A DNA stretch of 63,850 nucleotides, the filler included, from Dimargaris cristalligena (Eukaryota), in assembly GCA_003614675.1 (NCBI GenBank). It is 23 parts of 23 records of this genome, joined end to end, with 100 filler letters (N's around TTAATTAATTAA, not from the genome) between each part and the next. Parts side by side here need not be neighbours in the genome. Positions count along the whole stretch, not along the records: positions 22,466 to 25,165 come from ML004135.1; positions 25,266 to 27,960 come from ML004136.1; positions 28,061 to 30,749 come from ML004137.1; positions 30,850 to 33,535 come from ML004138.1; positions 33,636 to 36,314 come from ML004139.1; 18 more parts are not named here. One strand, given 5' to 3'. Made by a program: the position numbers and the translations under genes. Positions 24,591 through 35,572 of this stretch are shown here, in pieces (the first letter of the stretch is position 1; every line of letters begins with the position of its first letter). The notes under the pieces are model-generated. The model did no database searches. It was given only the letters and a program-made list of their open reading frames with translations, and was not told the origin of the DNA.

Positions 24591-25905
24591 ATATGAAAAA
24601 CACATAGTAATAATGATAAAAGGGCAGATCTACTGACAGGAGTAGTAAGCTTAAGGGACCATAATCATCTAGCAATTATTATTGTGTTCAGTTGGCCATT
24701 CCTTTTATATTGGGGGATTATAGGTTCAAGCCAAGCAGGGGTGTGAGTGACTGTTGCTGTTACCCAGATTGAGAACCTTCACCACAGACAGATTTGGAGG
24801 CGGAGTTAAGCACTTGGTTGTCATGGTTTGGGCAGCTAGCCCTGAACATTGGTGATGGCACAGTTAAAAAAAAATTAGCCCTGGAAGTAAATTCGGATTC
24901 TCCATCATCAGGGCCCTGTTTGACTGTGGGGGTCTCCACCTCAATAATAGACTTGGCCCCATGGATTTCTTGGCCGATGCTGAATACCCTATTGGTCCAG
25001 TAATAACAGTAGTATCATTGCATATAATTACTTTGCAGGTTATGCCCAATATATTTCGCAGTATACACCCCCCTTAGCTTAATCAATACACCCTTATCCA
25101 CTCACTCTCGGTTATTACATATACCCTAGGCAATTATTTATTGATATTACTCTTTGCCAGTTCCCNNNNNNNNNNNNNNNNNNNNNNNNNNNNNNNNNNN
25201 NNNNNNNNNTTAATTAATTAANNNNNNNNNNNNNNNNNNNNNNNNNNNNNNNNNNNNNNNNNNNNTAGATCAGTTTTCTAGGTTAAAAACATATCATCAG
25301 CCTGTTTTCCCCTCAAAATCTCATTCAAAATCCGAAATAGTTATATCCAAAATTACACATATTTAAGCAGAAGCACGAGTTGGGCGTACTATAGGTCACC
25401 GGCAGTTTAGCATTGGCATTTAGAACACAACGATGAATAATGGCTAGTAGCCACGGATTTCTCATTAAAGAGGCTCTATACTTTATGAAAAGAAGCCCAG
25501 GATTAGCAATAATCCATTTAGTCAGGTGACCACATTACGTCCCCCATTCCATCGCATTATTCCCCCACTCCATCTAAGATTTTTCCCGCCATCTATTTTG
25601 GGGGGTGTACTGGGTAAAAAGGGCGTTGGGCCTTAATTATAATAGTATTTGCACTTTAGCTCTATGGTCCATAGCTACTAAATTCTCGAGCTATTTAGTC
25701 TAGAAGAAATGTCAAACCAGGGCCGTATATGCTCTTTTTTTGAAGTAATGTGTCTCATGCACCATGTTGGTCACTATTATACCATACTCCCCTCATTAAC
25801 TTAACTACCTCTGTATCGACTATTCTAATATCCCCCCCACTTATACCATTCCCCGTTTACCCCATTACTTTTATTTTGAAGCATTTTTCTTCATACAAGT
25901 CCCCC

Positions 25906-27633
25906 ATGTCGTTCACTTCACTTCGCATCGATAAGGGCCAAACGCGCTTCGCGCCCAAAGTTAAAGCCCGACCAACCCGAAGGCCGGCGGCCGAGACCCC
26001 GTCGACCGCGGCTCCTGGCCCAGCCCCCACCGGTTCTGAAGCCGCCGCTCCTCTACCCGACGCGACCGCCGAATCTCAGTCGAATCCGGTTGTTCCCCCT
26101 TCCACCGAACCTACAGCCCCCCCGCCTATCGCGCTAACCCTCCCGACCTCTGCCCCACCCCAACCTCAACCTTCAACGACGACTGCGGTCGCTTCCTCTG
26201 ACCCGCCGGCCCCGTCCAGCAAAATCAGTGGTGGTGGTGGGGTAGGTGTGATCCAGGCTCCCACGTCGGTTCGAACCATCAGTGCGCCTTCCCGGCAGCG
26301 TACAGTTATGTCCTCCTCTTCCTATTCCGTGGGGGGAGCAGCTTCAACGTCCGGAATCAACCACGACCCATCCTCAACCGATAATATATCCCCCTCGGCT
26401 TCTTCCTTGGCTACCGCAGCGGGCCGAGTGCTTGCGGCGAGTCTTCGCCGGGCCACGGCCAATCCGGCCGAGCCCCGAGCCAAACGGACCCGTACCACGG
26501 GGGGCAATGGAAGGAGTCGTTTGAAGAAGGACCTCAAAACCTGGGAGGAGTACTTGGCGGAACACGAGGAAATGACGGCTGATCTGGATATGACCGATAC
26601 AGCCATGCGGGATTTTTGTCGGAACAATGGCCGGGGATTGCCGATGAAATCGACGGTCGAGCGCCTCTGGGAGGAAAAACGCCGTAAAGATGCGACTGCG
26701 GTTGAAAACGCAGGTGATGCAACGGCCACTACGGCGGAAGCTACTGACAAAAAGCCACTGGGTCTAATGGCAGGGACTGGTTCCACCCAGACCCCCCCTG
26801 CGAAACTGACACCAGTCAAGGATGATGCTAATAAAGACGACGACGACGACGGTGGCCATGCGGACAGTAAGGCAAAATTGGAGGCGGCCGATAGTGACCG
26901 GGTCTTTGCCGTCAATCGCAACGCCGCGCAAGTCCGGGTGGTTGACGGTCGTATCGTGCTGAACGAAGAATCCCTCGTCGTTGACCGTAACGCCCTCAAC
27001 CAAGACGGCGATCCCGAAGCGGCGGCCTTGGCGGCCACCCTCGAAGTGGTGGACGATTCCAATGACCGACGCATCATTAATCAGAATACCTACGCTCGCA
27101 TTAAATATGTGCGCTCGCTTCCCTGGACCCAGGAGGAAACCGTCCGCTTTTACGAACTCCTGGCCCGATTCGGCACAGACTTCAATCTCGTGTCGGCCGC
27201 CCTGGTCACACGAACGCGGAAACAGGTGCTGAATAAGTTCCGGCGCGAAGAATCCCAGCGACCCTGGTTGGTGACCCGGGCCCTACTGAATCGGCCCGTC
27301 GAGGGGTCCGAAGTGGCTAACCTGAAATTGGCCAGCTCCGGGGCGGCCAAAGCTGAGACCCAGGGCGAGGGGAAGGGTGAAGGGGATAATCCGGAAAAAG
27401 GGACAGCACTGTCGTCGGGCCCTAGCGGTGAAGAGGTCGTGGGAGAGTCCAAAGGGGGGGTTCTGGCGAAACCTGGTAGGGAGGAGGAGGTCATTGTAGA
27501 AGACCTTGATGATATTTCATCCGTTAAAATATCGCTCTCCCAGCTGGAAGCGGTAGCACCCGTCTCTAAAAACCCGCGAGCAACGCGTCGGAAACAGGGT
27601 CGGAATGATGTGGAAGTGGTGGGCATACTCTGA
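25906..27633 (+). CDS. BDP1: RNA polymerase III transcription factor TFIIIB subunit B'' (SANT domain)
   Basis: N-terminal RFAPKVKARP; AAQVRVVDGRIVLNEESLVVDR; SANT motif WTQEETVRFYELLARFGTDFNLVS...RTRKQVLNKFRREE. True start taken as the ATG at 25906. Confidence 0.92.
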   Translation: MSFTSLRIDKGQTRFAPKVKARPTRRPAAETPSTAAPGPAPTGSEAAAPLPDATAESQSNPVVPPSTEPTAPPPIALTLPTSAPPQPQPSTTTAVASSDPPAPSSKISGGGGVGVIQAPTSVRTISAPSRQRTVMSSSSYSVGGAASTSGINHDPSSTDNISPSASSLATAAGRVLAASLRRATANPAEPRAKRTRTTGGNGRSRLKKDLKTWEEYLAEHEEMTADLDMTDTAMRDFCRNNGRGLPMKSTVERLWEEKRRKDATAVENAGDATATTAEATDKKPLGLMAGTGSTQTPPAKLTPVKDDANKDDDDDGGHADSKAKLEAADSDRVFAVNRNAAQVRVVDGRIVLNEESLVVDRNALNQDGDPEAAALAATLEVVDDSNDRRIINQNTYARIKYVRSLPWTQEETVRFYELLARFGTDFNLVSAALVTRTRKQVLNKFRREESQRPWLVTRALLNRPVEGSEVANLKLASSGAAKAETQGEGKGEGDNPEKGTALSSGPSGEEVVGESKGGVLAKPGREEEVIVEDLDDISSVKISLSQLEAVAPVSKNPRATRRKQGRNDVEVVGIL

Positions 27634-28060
27634 TTTATTAGTGGCAACTCTATAATATAGTACAGATATTGTTCAGCCAGTTGTACGGATACACTTATCG
27701 GCGGTTGAACATTCCCCTCTGGTATCAAAACCTATTAGCGACGGCCTAACTCACTTGCGGACATTAGTGTTAAACTATAACCCCGTGGGCTGGCAGGAAA
27801 TAATGGTCATTGTATGAGGTTTTGATAACTATCATACATATCTATATTTCATCTTATGTAAACTAAACGTTAATAAATTATTTTCTTCTGTCCCTCCATT
27901 TATTGAATCTCAACTACATGAATGGATTGTATATATTCGCGGGGGAGGGTATGGGATTTTNNNNNNNNNNNNNNNNNNNNNNNNNNNNNNNNNNNNNNNN
28001 NNNNTTAATTAATTAANNNNNNNNNNNNNNNNNNNNNNNNNNNNNNNNNNNNNNNNNNNN

Positions 28061-28203
28061 ATTTAGGCTTCCTCTTTTGAGTATAAATACTCCCCCTTAC
28101 TGCCACCTCTTGGAATAGTAAGTCTATCATCACCTTTCCCTTTTTATTACCTATCTTTTCGAATAAAGTTCAGTTTTTAAGGATTTGAGTTCAGTTCTTT
28201 ACA
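28061..28203 (+). mobile_element. LTR family C, TATA to 3' end
   Basis: TATAAATA at 28082, then AATAAA, ending TTTACA; shared by four contig ends. Confidence 0.65.
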
Positions 28204-29258
28204 CTTGGTAAACAATTTTAAGTCACAATAATGTAGGGTAGTCTATTACCCAAAGCCCCATTTTATTGTTTAATGATATAGTGTTCAATTTGCCACTGGT
28301 AACCAATTAAAGTAAGAGCTATTTGGAAAATGAATATAGATATCACTTATAATGTTAATTAGTTGTAATAATAACACAAAGCCCACCTTCGCCATTGAGT
28401 GCCCGTTCTCTAGATTATCTATTTAAAATGAACCCTACATTCCTAGCAAAATCGCTAACTAAGATATTAGTGTCAATATTATTTTATGGGAGCAGTTCAA
28501 TAAGGCTGTATAATGAAATATCTATTTGATGAGGCAAACACTACTGGTTGAAAATTAACATTCCATTGATTCTCCCATACACATATTAGTTAAAACCTTA
28601 CACAGCTGAGCTGAATTTCACACATATTGATGCTGCATTTTCACTTCAAATTATCATAGATTTCACATAGGCGGACTATCACTTGAAATATCTTACCTTG
28701 GGCACTAACGGATACAACAAATTTCATATTGTACAATCATTTTTACAAAATAGTCTTAGAAATATGATTTTCTGTTTATTTTCGAGTAATGTATTCTTCA
28801 AAAGGTTTTTATACTATATATAGACACCCTAAAAACACAAAACATTATCTACCTGTTTATTATTTTTGACTGTCCCTTCTTTTTTTTTTTGATACAACCA
28901 TGAAAATCAACCAGCAATAGTAATACATTCCTGTGCTACATAGAGGTATATTTATACACTATGAGGCCTTATAGTTTATAGAAGCTGGCGACATTTTACC
29001 AGGGCAAATTTGAATACTCTGCTTGTTGTAATTTATATGTAATATATTTAGCCATATCTTTCCCGGAAGTACATCCTCTAATGGGAGTCCTGTTGGTGGA
29101 CTAATCTTGGCCGGCATAGGCAATACTCCATATAACCAACACTACCCATTATTGCAAGCCAGTTCAAGGCCAAAAAGTAATATATGTAACAATTAGGTCT
29201 GTTGAATCATAGGAATAACAACGAAGAGCCTTCCTTTATTACTTCTATTTGCGATTGA

Positions 29259-30365
29259 CTAATCCTGATTATTTACTCCCATAAATGTGGCAATGAACTT
29301 CTCAAATGCCGCTTCCATCCCGCTAAGAGTATCGAAGACGGGTATAAGACTAATTCGAGCAAAGGGGGAAAATTGCGCCCCGCCATTCCCTAATTGATCG
29401 CATTGGTAGCCAAATTCGCCAGTAAAAAAATGGGGGACAATAGATTGGTTTTCGGCCGACACATCGAGGATATAGATAAGAGAGGGTGATTTCAGACGTT
29501 TCCCTTTGGTTTTTAAGAAAATGGATAATTTCTGATCGAAACTCCTGGGGCGTGACTGTTGAACAGGGATGCCCGGAATGCCTGTAGTTGATAAATGTCG
29601 ATTGATATTAGCCTCAAAGCTACTTAATACAGCTAAAATGGATTTTTTCATGTCCTTCTGAGTATAGCCCATAAATCCATTTGGGAAGGCAACTGAAGAT
29701 AGTTCATCACACAATGCGGTACTTTCCTTTGATGACATTGTCCGTGTGTTGGGGTGGGCACGCTTAAGTTCTAAAGCTTGATCAGAGTCGCTGGGGGATT
29801 TGCGCTTCCGAGTGTTTTGTATATTATTCGAACGGTTCGCCGAAGATGAGGGCTGGAATTGTCTGATGTCACTGTTACTTCGGATACTGGCCGGCTCATT
29901 GGTTGAGGATATGTAGTCAAAGTCATCGGGGCTAGTAAAGGGGAGGGGATTCATGGGATAAAACAGGGAGGAGAATGTGGTGTCTTGGGGGTTCCAATTA
30001 GGAGTGAATAGCTCACCCTCGCTCATGCCCTCTGGCCCACTGGCCCTATTGTTGGGAATAGTGTCAGACAATATGTTCCCTGGTGGAAATCCGGGGGATG
30101 GAGGCGGGGGTATTTGGCCTGCTAAATAGTTTGGATAATATTGGCGGCTCGCATAATCTGCTGGGGTTTCTCGGGGTTTCACTGGGGACTGAACCCAAGA
30201 GACAAGACCTTTCGTTGGATGGACATCACTGATACCGTATTCGGTCGAGTCTCTAGGTATCCAAGCGGGGTTGGACTCACTTGCATCGGACGCCGTGGTG
30301 GCGACAACAAGTGACAGCAGGTAGACTACGCCGATAATACCACCGGAAAGTTGACTGACTGACAT
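29259..30365 (-). CDS. Putative secreted orphan protein (368 aa)
   Basis: Intronless ORF; hydrophobic signal peptide GGIIGVVYLLSLVVATTA; Pro/Ser-rich linker; basic RKRK patch; no recognisable domain. Confidence 0.65.
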   Translation of the reverse strand: MSVSQLSGGIIGVVYLLSLVVATTASDASESNPAWIPRDSTEYGISDVHPTKGLVSWVQSPVKPRETPADYASRQYYPNYLAGQIPPPPSPGFPPGNILSDTIPNNRASGPEGMSEGELFTPNWNPQDTTFSSLFYPMNPLPFTSPDDFDYISSTNEPASIRSNSDIRQFQPSSSANRSNNIQNTRKRKSPSDSDQALELKRAHPNTRTMSSKESTALCDELSSVAFPNGFMGYTQKDMKKSILAVLSSFEANINRHLSTTGIPGIPVQQSRPRSFDQKLSIFLKTKGKRLKSPSLIYILDVSAENQSIVPHFFTGEFGYQCDQLGNGGAQFSPFARISLIPVFDTLSGMEAAFEKFIATFMGVNNQD

Positions 30366-30851
30366 TTTGCAGTGAAGGTAGCTAAGTGGAATAAGGGATA
30401 TGGGGTTAAGTAGAGATAGTGTGGTTTATGGGTGAGGGCCTCGCAGATAGCGTAGTGGCAATGTAAATTAGGTAGGGGAATGACAAAGTAAAACTGAGGT
30501 GGAGTCTAGGTGAAGAGAAGCATATAATATATATATTTATGCTGTAGACTTGGTGTAGGCCACTGGGAGTTCGATAAAGGGAGAGTAAGTCGCACACACT
30601 TCCGAAACATCCTTGAATATTCGAACATACGCAGAATACTTTGGCTGATGTGATCCATTGGTGGTTTTCTATTCAGGGCTTCACCGCCGCACCTATGTTG
30701 CTCCCATTGGGAGAAATGGACCACCGTCCTTCCGTTTCCATTTTTGTAANNNNNNNNNNNNNNNNNNNNNNNNNNNNNNNNNNNNNNNNNNNNTTAATTA
30801 ATTAANNNNNNNNNNNNNNNNNNNNNNNNNNNNNNNNNNNNNNNNNNNNAC

Positions 30852-31766
30852 ACGCTGCAATCCCTTGTGACCACACAGGGCGGCCGGGCGGTCACCGACG
30901 TCAAGCAGCTGGTGCAGATCGCGGCGCAGGCTGGAGCGCAAGGTGGTTTCGTGCCTTACACCGGGCAATTGGGCGACGCAACCATGACACCTAACAATGC
31001 CTATGGCGCGTTCGGCGGCTGGCGTGTGTCGCTCACCGGTTACACGAACCCTGGAAGCGGCCACCTGGCTTCGCTGTTGGCGTTTGGCGGCGCACAGGTC
31101 AACAACAACTATCTGTACCGGGTACAGGTTCCTGGACACCCGGAACTCAACCAGATGCAGACAGCGCTCGACATGACGGGCAACGACATCAACAACATCG
31201 GCAATGCGAACGCCACACAGGCGCATCTGACCGGTACTGGCGCCCCAAACACGGCATGCGCAAGCGCCGGTGCTATTCGCACCAGCACGACGGGAACCGG
31301 CCTAGTGATCTGCAGCGCCAGCACCGGCGTCTGGGAGCCGATTGGCACCGCAGTAGCTAACGTCACCAATGGCATGCCCTGCAACAACAACGGTCAGATC
31401 GCCACAGATGCAACCAATGCCGGTTACATCTGTAAAAACAATCAATATGTGGCGATCAACAATGCGATGGGCAGATTCGCGATCAATCGCCAGTTCACAA
31501 ATGTTACTGACGGTATGACCTTCGCCAAAGATAGTTGTCCCGGCGGCACGCCTTGGGCCATGTATACGCCGGGGACATTCCTTGTGAACGATACCGGCTA
31601 TGTGAATCCGCCAATTGAAGGAAACCTTTTCACCGCTATCGACCAAGGCGCGGTCTGGTATGCGCAGGCATCGGCCCGCTCGTCGTCGACCTGGTACAGC
31701 GGGAACGACACCGGAAATCTTGGTGGCCAGCTCGTGGGTACGCTGACAACGGGCTGTCAGTATTGA
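30852..31766 (+). CDS. pilV: Type IVb pilus tip adhesin PilV (shufflon PilV-type N-terminal region), bacterial, 5'-partial
   Basis: AAQAGAQGGF...AYGAFGGW...GHLA...YLYRVQVPGHPELNQMQTALDMTGNDINN is the PilV signature; Cys-paired C-terminal domain ending TTGCQY; GC-rich bacterial codon usage. Confidence 0.85.
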   Translation, partial: TLQSLVTTQGGRAVTDVKQLVQIAAQAGAQGGFVPYTGQLGDATMTPNNAYGAFGGWRVSLTGYTNPGSGHLASLLAFGGAQVNNNYLYRVQVPGHPELNQMQTALDMTGNDINNIGNANATQAHLTGTGAPNTACASAGAIRTSTTGTGLVICSASTGVWEPIGTAVANVTNGMPCNNNGQIATDATNAGYICKNNQYVAINNAMGRFAINRQFTNVTDGMTFAKDSCPGGTPWAMYTPGTFLVNDTGYVNPPIEGNLFTAIDQGAVWYAQASARSSSTWYSGNDTGNLGGQLVGTLTTGCQY

Positions 31767-31789
31767 CCGAACGTGTGAGGAGAAGAGAA

Positions 31790-32395
31790 ATGTGCAAGAA
31801 GCAAGTGGCCTTGACGGTGTTGTCCTGCGCTGCGATCTGCGCCGCGTTATTCGGTGAGGCTCAAGCGCAGCTGGTTAAATTGCCAGCCGTACCGTTCACA
31901 GTCGCGGATTGTCATCCGGGCGATCATTGGGGATCGTCGCCAAGTCATGGCGGCTTGCTGCGATGTCTGACAAACAATCCGCCGCCCGCGCCTACGTGCC
32001 CGGCGGGCAGCACCCAAACATCAGCTCCTGTGTGGAACGGGGAGGCATGGAGCCAGCCGGTGTGCGCGGTAATTCCGCCGCCTGCTCCACCGTCACCGCC
32101 GCCAGGTCACGTGGTTGTGGCAACGGCCACCACCAACAGCTGCGGAACCCTTGGGGCCTTCAATACATATGCTGACGGGACGTATGACGCAAGCAATCCC
32201 GATTGGAGCCAGTCTTTCTCTGGTACTTGGGATCAGATGTTCAGCAATGGAGCGGCATATATGAACCAGAACTACGCTCGTTACTATCAGCCGATGTACA
32301 TCCCCCAGCCTTCGGACCCGAATACCGCGACCCAATACTTGTCGCGTGTCTTCTTTGTCAACAACCCGTGGGCATGTGGTGGTGGCGTGGGCTAA
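31790..32395 (+). CDS. Bacterial secreted Cys/Pro-rich hypothetical protein downstream of pilV
   Basis: GAGGAG RBS at 31777; signal peptide ending AQA; several Cys residues. Confidence 0.75.
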   Translation: MCKKQVALTVLSCAAICAALFGEAQAQLVKLPAVPFTVADCHPGDHWGSSPSHGGLLRCLTNNPPPAPTCPAGSTQTSAPVWNGEAWSQPVCAVIPPPAPPSPPPGHVVVATATTNSCGTLGAFNTYADGTYDASNPDWSQSFSGTWDQMFSNGAAYMNQNYARYYQPMYIPQPSDPNTATQYLSRVFFVNNPWACGGGVG

Positions 32396-32418
32396 GTTAA
32401 CCAGACCCGCCAGTTACC

Positions 32419-32580
32419 TCATTTCTTCGCCTTGGCCCGCGCCTGAAGAATTTCCAAGATGAGGCGTGGGACCGAAACAGTCTCGCCACGCTTCACAGAT
32501 TCCTGTGAAGCTTCGCGCAGCAAGTCCTGGTGGAGTTTCTGCGGTAGGCGAACCAATACCCCTTTTTTGTCTTCAGTCAT
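32419..32580 (-). CDS. Small ribbon-helix-helix (Arc/CopG-like) DNA-binding protein, 53 aa
   Basis: MTEDKKGVLVRLPQKLHQDL...VSVPRLILEIL shows an alternating beta strand plus two helices; AGGA upstream of the ATG. Confidence 0.7.
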   Translation of the reverse strand: MTEDKKGVLVRLPQKLHQDLLREASQESVKRGETVSVPRLILEILQARAKAKK

Positions 32581-32602
32581 GATTGTCCTGATCAAATTTG
32601 AG

Positions 32603-32651
32603 AGCGAATATATTTCGCTGATAGCAAGATAGCATGCTACGATGATATCAT
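32603..32651. promoter_or_regulatory. Divergent promoter region with candidate operator palindromes and direct repeats
   Basis: AGCGAA-N5-TTCGCT (32603-32619), GATAGCA twice, TAGCATGCTA (32630-32639) and ATGATATCAT (32642-32651), lying between the RHH gene and the lipoprotein gene. Confidence 0.45.
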
Positions 32652-32700
32652 GAACACCCAGAGAGGTCGCCTCTCGCCAAAGCTCAACTGGAGAAGAAGA

Positions 32701-33535
32701 ATGCGAAACACCAGCCAAACAATCTGCATCACCAAGTCGCTTGCCGCGCTCTCCCTCGTTGCCGCACTCGCAGCGTGCGGTGGTGGCGGTGGAGACAGTA
32801 GCACTTCCTCGTCGACAAGCGGATCTTCAAGTTCGTCAGGAGGATCGCCGTCGCAAACCGTAACTGGCACGCTATCAACGCCTCAATACACGAGCGGCAG
32901 CGCGCAAATCACGGCCTTCAATCTGCTCAATCAATACCGTGCCCAGTGCGGCATTCCCGCGCTGCAGGAGAACACCGTACTGGATCAGGCAGCACAGAGC
33001 CATGCAAAGTACATGGGCCTCAACAGCGCCATATCGGATAGCGAAACATCGGGAAGCGCAGGATTTACCGGTGCGTCTTATCAAGATCGAGCGGTGGCCG
33101 CAGGATTGCCGACTTCCACGTTTAGCACAGGTGTGAGCGGAGGTGCTTCGATCACAACTAACGGCTTTACGGCTGCTCAAGCAGGGCAGATGTTTGTCAA
33201 TTCCCTGCTGGCGGGGGTGTACCACGCCGCAATCGTTGCTTACCCTTCCAATACGATGGGGATTGGGGAATACGAAACGCAATCTACCAGCAGTGGTCTG
33301 GCTTGGACGAATGCGTGGGAAAGCATCAGCGTGCTGGTCAGCCAGTCTTCGATTTTTAGCAACACGCCGCTTACGTTCCCCTGCCAAGGGGTTACCGGTG
33401 TGCCGTATAAATCGACAAGCGAGAGCCCCACTCCGCCGAACGTCTCGAACTCGGGCTGGGGCACGCCGGTTGTCGTGATGGGCAACACGTCCGACACGAT
33501 CATCCTGCAGAACGCATCCATGACTGGCCCGTCAG
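32701..33535 (+). CDS. Bacterial CAP (SCP-like) domain lipoprotein, 3'-partial
   Basis: Lipobox LAAC followed by GGGGG and a Ser-rich linker; AFNLLNQYRAQCGIPALQENTVLDQAAQSHAKYM and LLAGVYH are CAP motifs; GGAG RBS. Confidence 0.85.
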
Positions 33536-33635
33536 NNNNNNNNNNNNNNNNNNNNNNNNNNNNNNNNNNNNNNNNNNNNTTAATTAATTAANNNNNNNNN
33601 NNNNNNNNNNNNNNNNNNNNNNNNNNNNNNNNNNN

Positions 33636-34377
33636 ACTAGCTCCTTGCCAGCCTAGTGAGTGACCAATTTTACCCATAAGTAGTAATATTTAAGTAATTT
33701 TATTCAGTACTTTAGGCTAGTCCAGCCAGTTTATTAGGATAGGTAGTATTCCTTTATACTATCTATCCATCCTTTAACCTTTTAAATTTTAACTGTAGGA
33801 GTAATTAAACTCCCTTTAGGAACCTACAGTTTATTTTAGTTTATTTTATTAATAACTTATTTTAAAGGAATGTACATTCCTTTTCCAGTTTAGGTATACA
33901 TTAGCCTATTTAGAGGGAATGAACATGCCTATTCAAATTTGGGTGAACATTGGCCCACTTGGAGGGAATGCACATGCCCATTCAAATGTGGGTAAGCATG
34001 GCCTCCACTTGCCTATTGGATATTATTATTAATAGATGCTGTCGACGTTTTGTTATTTATTGGCGATACTTATTTCACTCAATGGACAAGTCCACGGTCT
34101 ATAATAACCGAAAAGTCATCGTATACAAGTGTAAAGAACACAGCAGAGACAAATTTTGATAGTAAAAATAGAATAAACTAATAGGGTAGGCTGGTAGGAA
34201 GGAATAAAAGAAGGAGAAAGATAGAGAAACAAATTTTTGCATGGAAATTTTTCCTTTCTACTTTGGGGAAAGTAATATTTTTACGGAAAATTTTTTCTTT
34301 CCCCTTTATTAACATAATGAGTTTTTAAAAAACAAATTATCATTAATAGATGCCTATTCCCAATAACCCTAACTCTC
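33636..34377 (+). repeat. Left arm of a 742-bp inverted repeat
   Basis: Reverse complement of 35573-36314 with at least 4 substitutions; contains the palindrome AAAGGAATGTACATTCCTTT and an internal duplication of about 50 bp. Confidence 0.97.
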
Positions 34378-34408
34378 ACAATTTACTCCCAGAACCATTC
34401 ATGAATCG

Positions 34409-35439
34409 ATGTTGGAAAATGATTGTAGCTCAATTTTAGGCTCACTTAGAACCCAGGGGGATTATTCTTCCATGATTACAGACTGGTGGTTGGCACACTT
34501 GGCTCTGAACTTACCAGAAGGAAGTATAGCATCAACCATCCTGAAGAACAGCCTCTCCAAGGCAACTTGGAAGACCTACGAGAATCATCATCACCAATAT
34601 CTGCAATTTTGTCAATTGAGAGGTATATCTGTGCATCTGATCTCAGACGTGACTCTGATTTCATACCTAGTACACCTATATACCTTAAGGGTAAATCCCC
34701 AGTCAATACCCGGTCAATACCTGGGAGGCTAGCACCAATAACAAAGTTTGATAGGGCCACTTATGGCCAGGTCGAATTTTCCAAGGAGGCTGTATCACAG
34801 TTTTGAAAGGGCTATGCAGTTACCTTTTACCAGGACTTTCCAGAGTTAAGGGATCCCGAAGGAGCGCACCCAATCCCCACACATCTATATAGGTGTCTGT
34901 ATTCCCTGGGGTGGGTCCTGAATAAGGTATAATTAGAATGGGGTGTCCTATTTATCATTGGCATTATTTTTGGTCTATGCACGAGTTCATTAGCCAGTCT
35001 ATGATGGCAAGATGTGACCCTCGAGGGTCTTACATTGTCTATCTTCATTGCAGGTGAAAAACGTAAGGCTCACATAGAAGGTATCCATTGGGTGGCCAGT
35101 CCAATTTGCCTGGGCTTTAAAGCCATTCTTGAACAGTATCTAGCATAACTAACCTCAGACAGGCTGTGCCAAACATTCAAGAGCAACCCAGCAGCCTGGG
35201 TTACCTGGTGTATCCAAGCCCTATTCCAGTCATTCAGGCATCAGGGTATCACTGCCTCTGACTACTCATCACATAGTTTAAGGAAGACAATGGTTGCTGG
35301 TATGCTCACTGCTAAGATTGATCCATTGAGGGTATTGGATTGGGGCCATTGGGAGGCATTAGAAACCATGAGGGCTTATTGCCGAGTGTCTTTACCTTAT
35401 CATCCTGATCTCCAGTTAGTTTTTTTATTTATCATTTAA
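34409..35439 (+). pseudogene. Tyrosine recombinase (DIRS/Ngaro-type), decayed
   Basis: Motifs SLSKATWKTY..YLQFC, FGL[C]TSSLASL[*]WQDV (box I with both Arg codons mutated), SSHSLRK, WGHW and TMRAY. One frameshift from an 11-nt duplication near 34700 and four in-frame stops (TGA 34804, TAA 34930, TGA 35002, TAA 35146). Confidence 0.85.
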
Positions 35440-35572
35440 AGGATTCAACCATTTTCAGTTATCACATTTCAATTTCTGCAAGTTTCTATCCATTTAGTCT
35501 ACCTAGTTATAAGTTTTATATATTTAGTTAAGAACCCTTCAGACAACTCCTTTGTAATGGAGTCATCAATTC

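Noticed and set aside
10551-35004. Several in-frame TGA codons as evidence for a TGA-reassigned genetic code
   Set aside because: Intact genes here end in TGA (BDP1, the Bud4-like gene), and the same broken elements also carry TAA/TAG stops and frameshifts.
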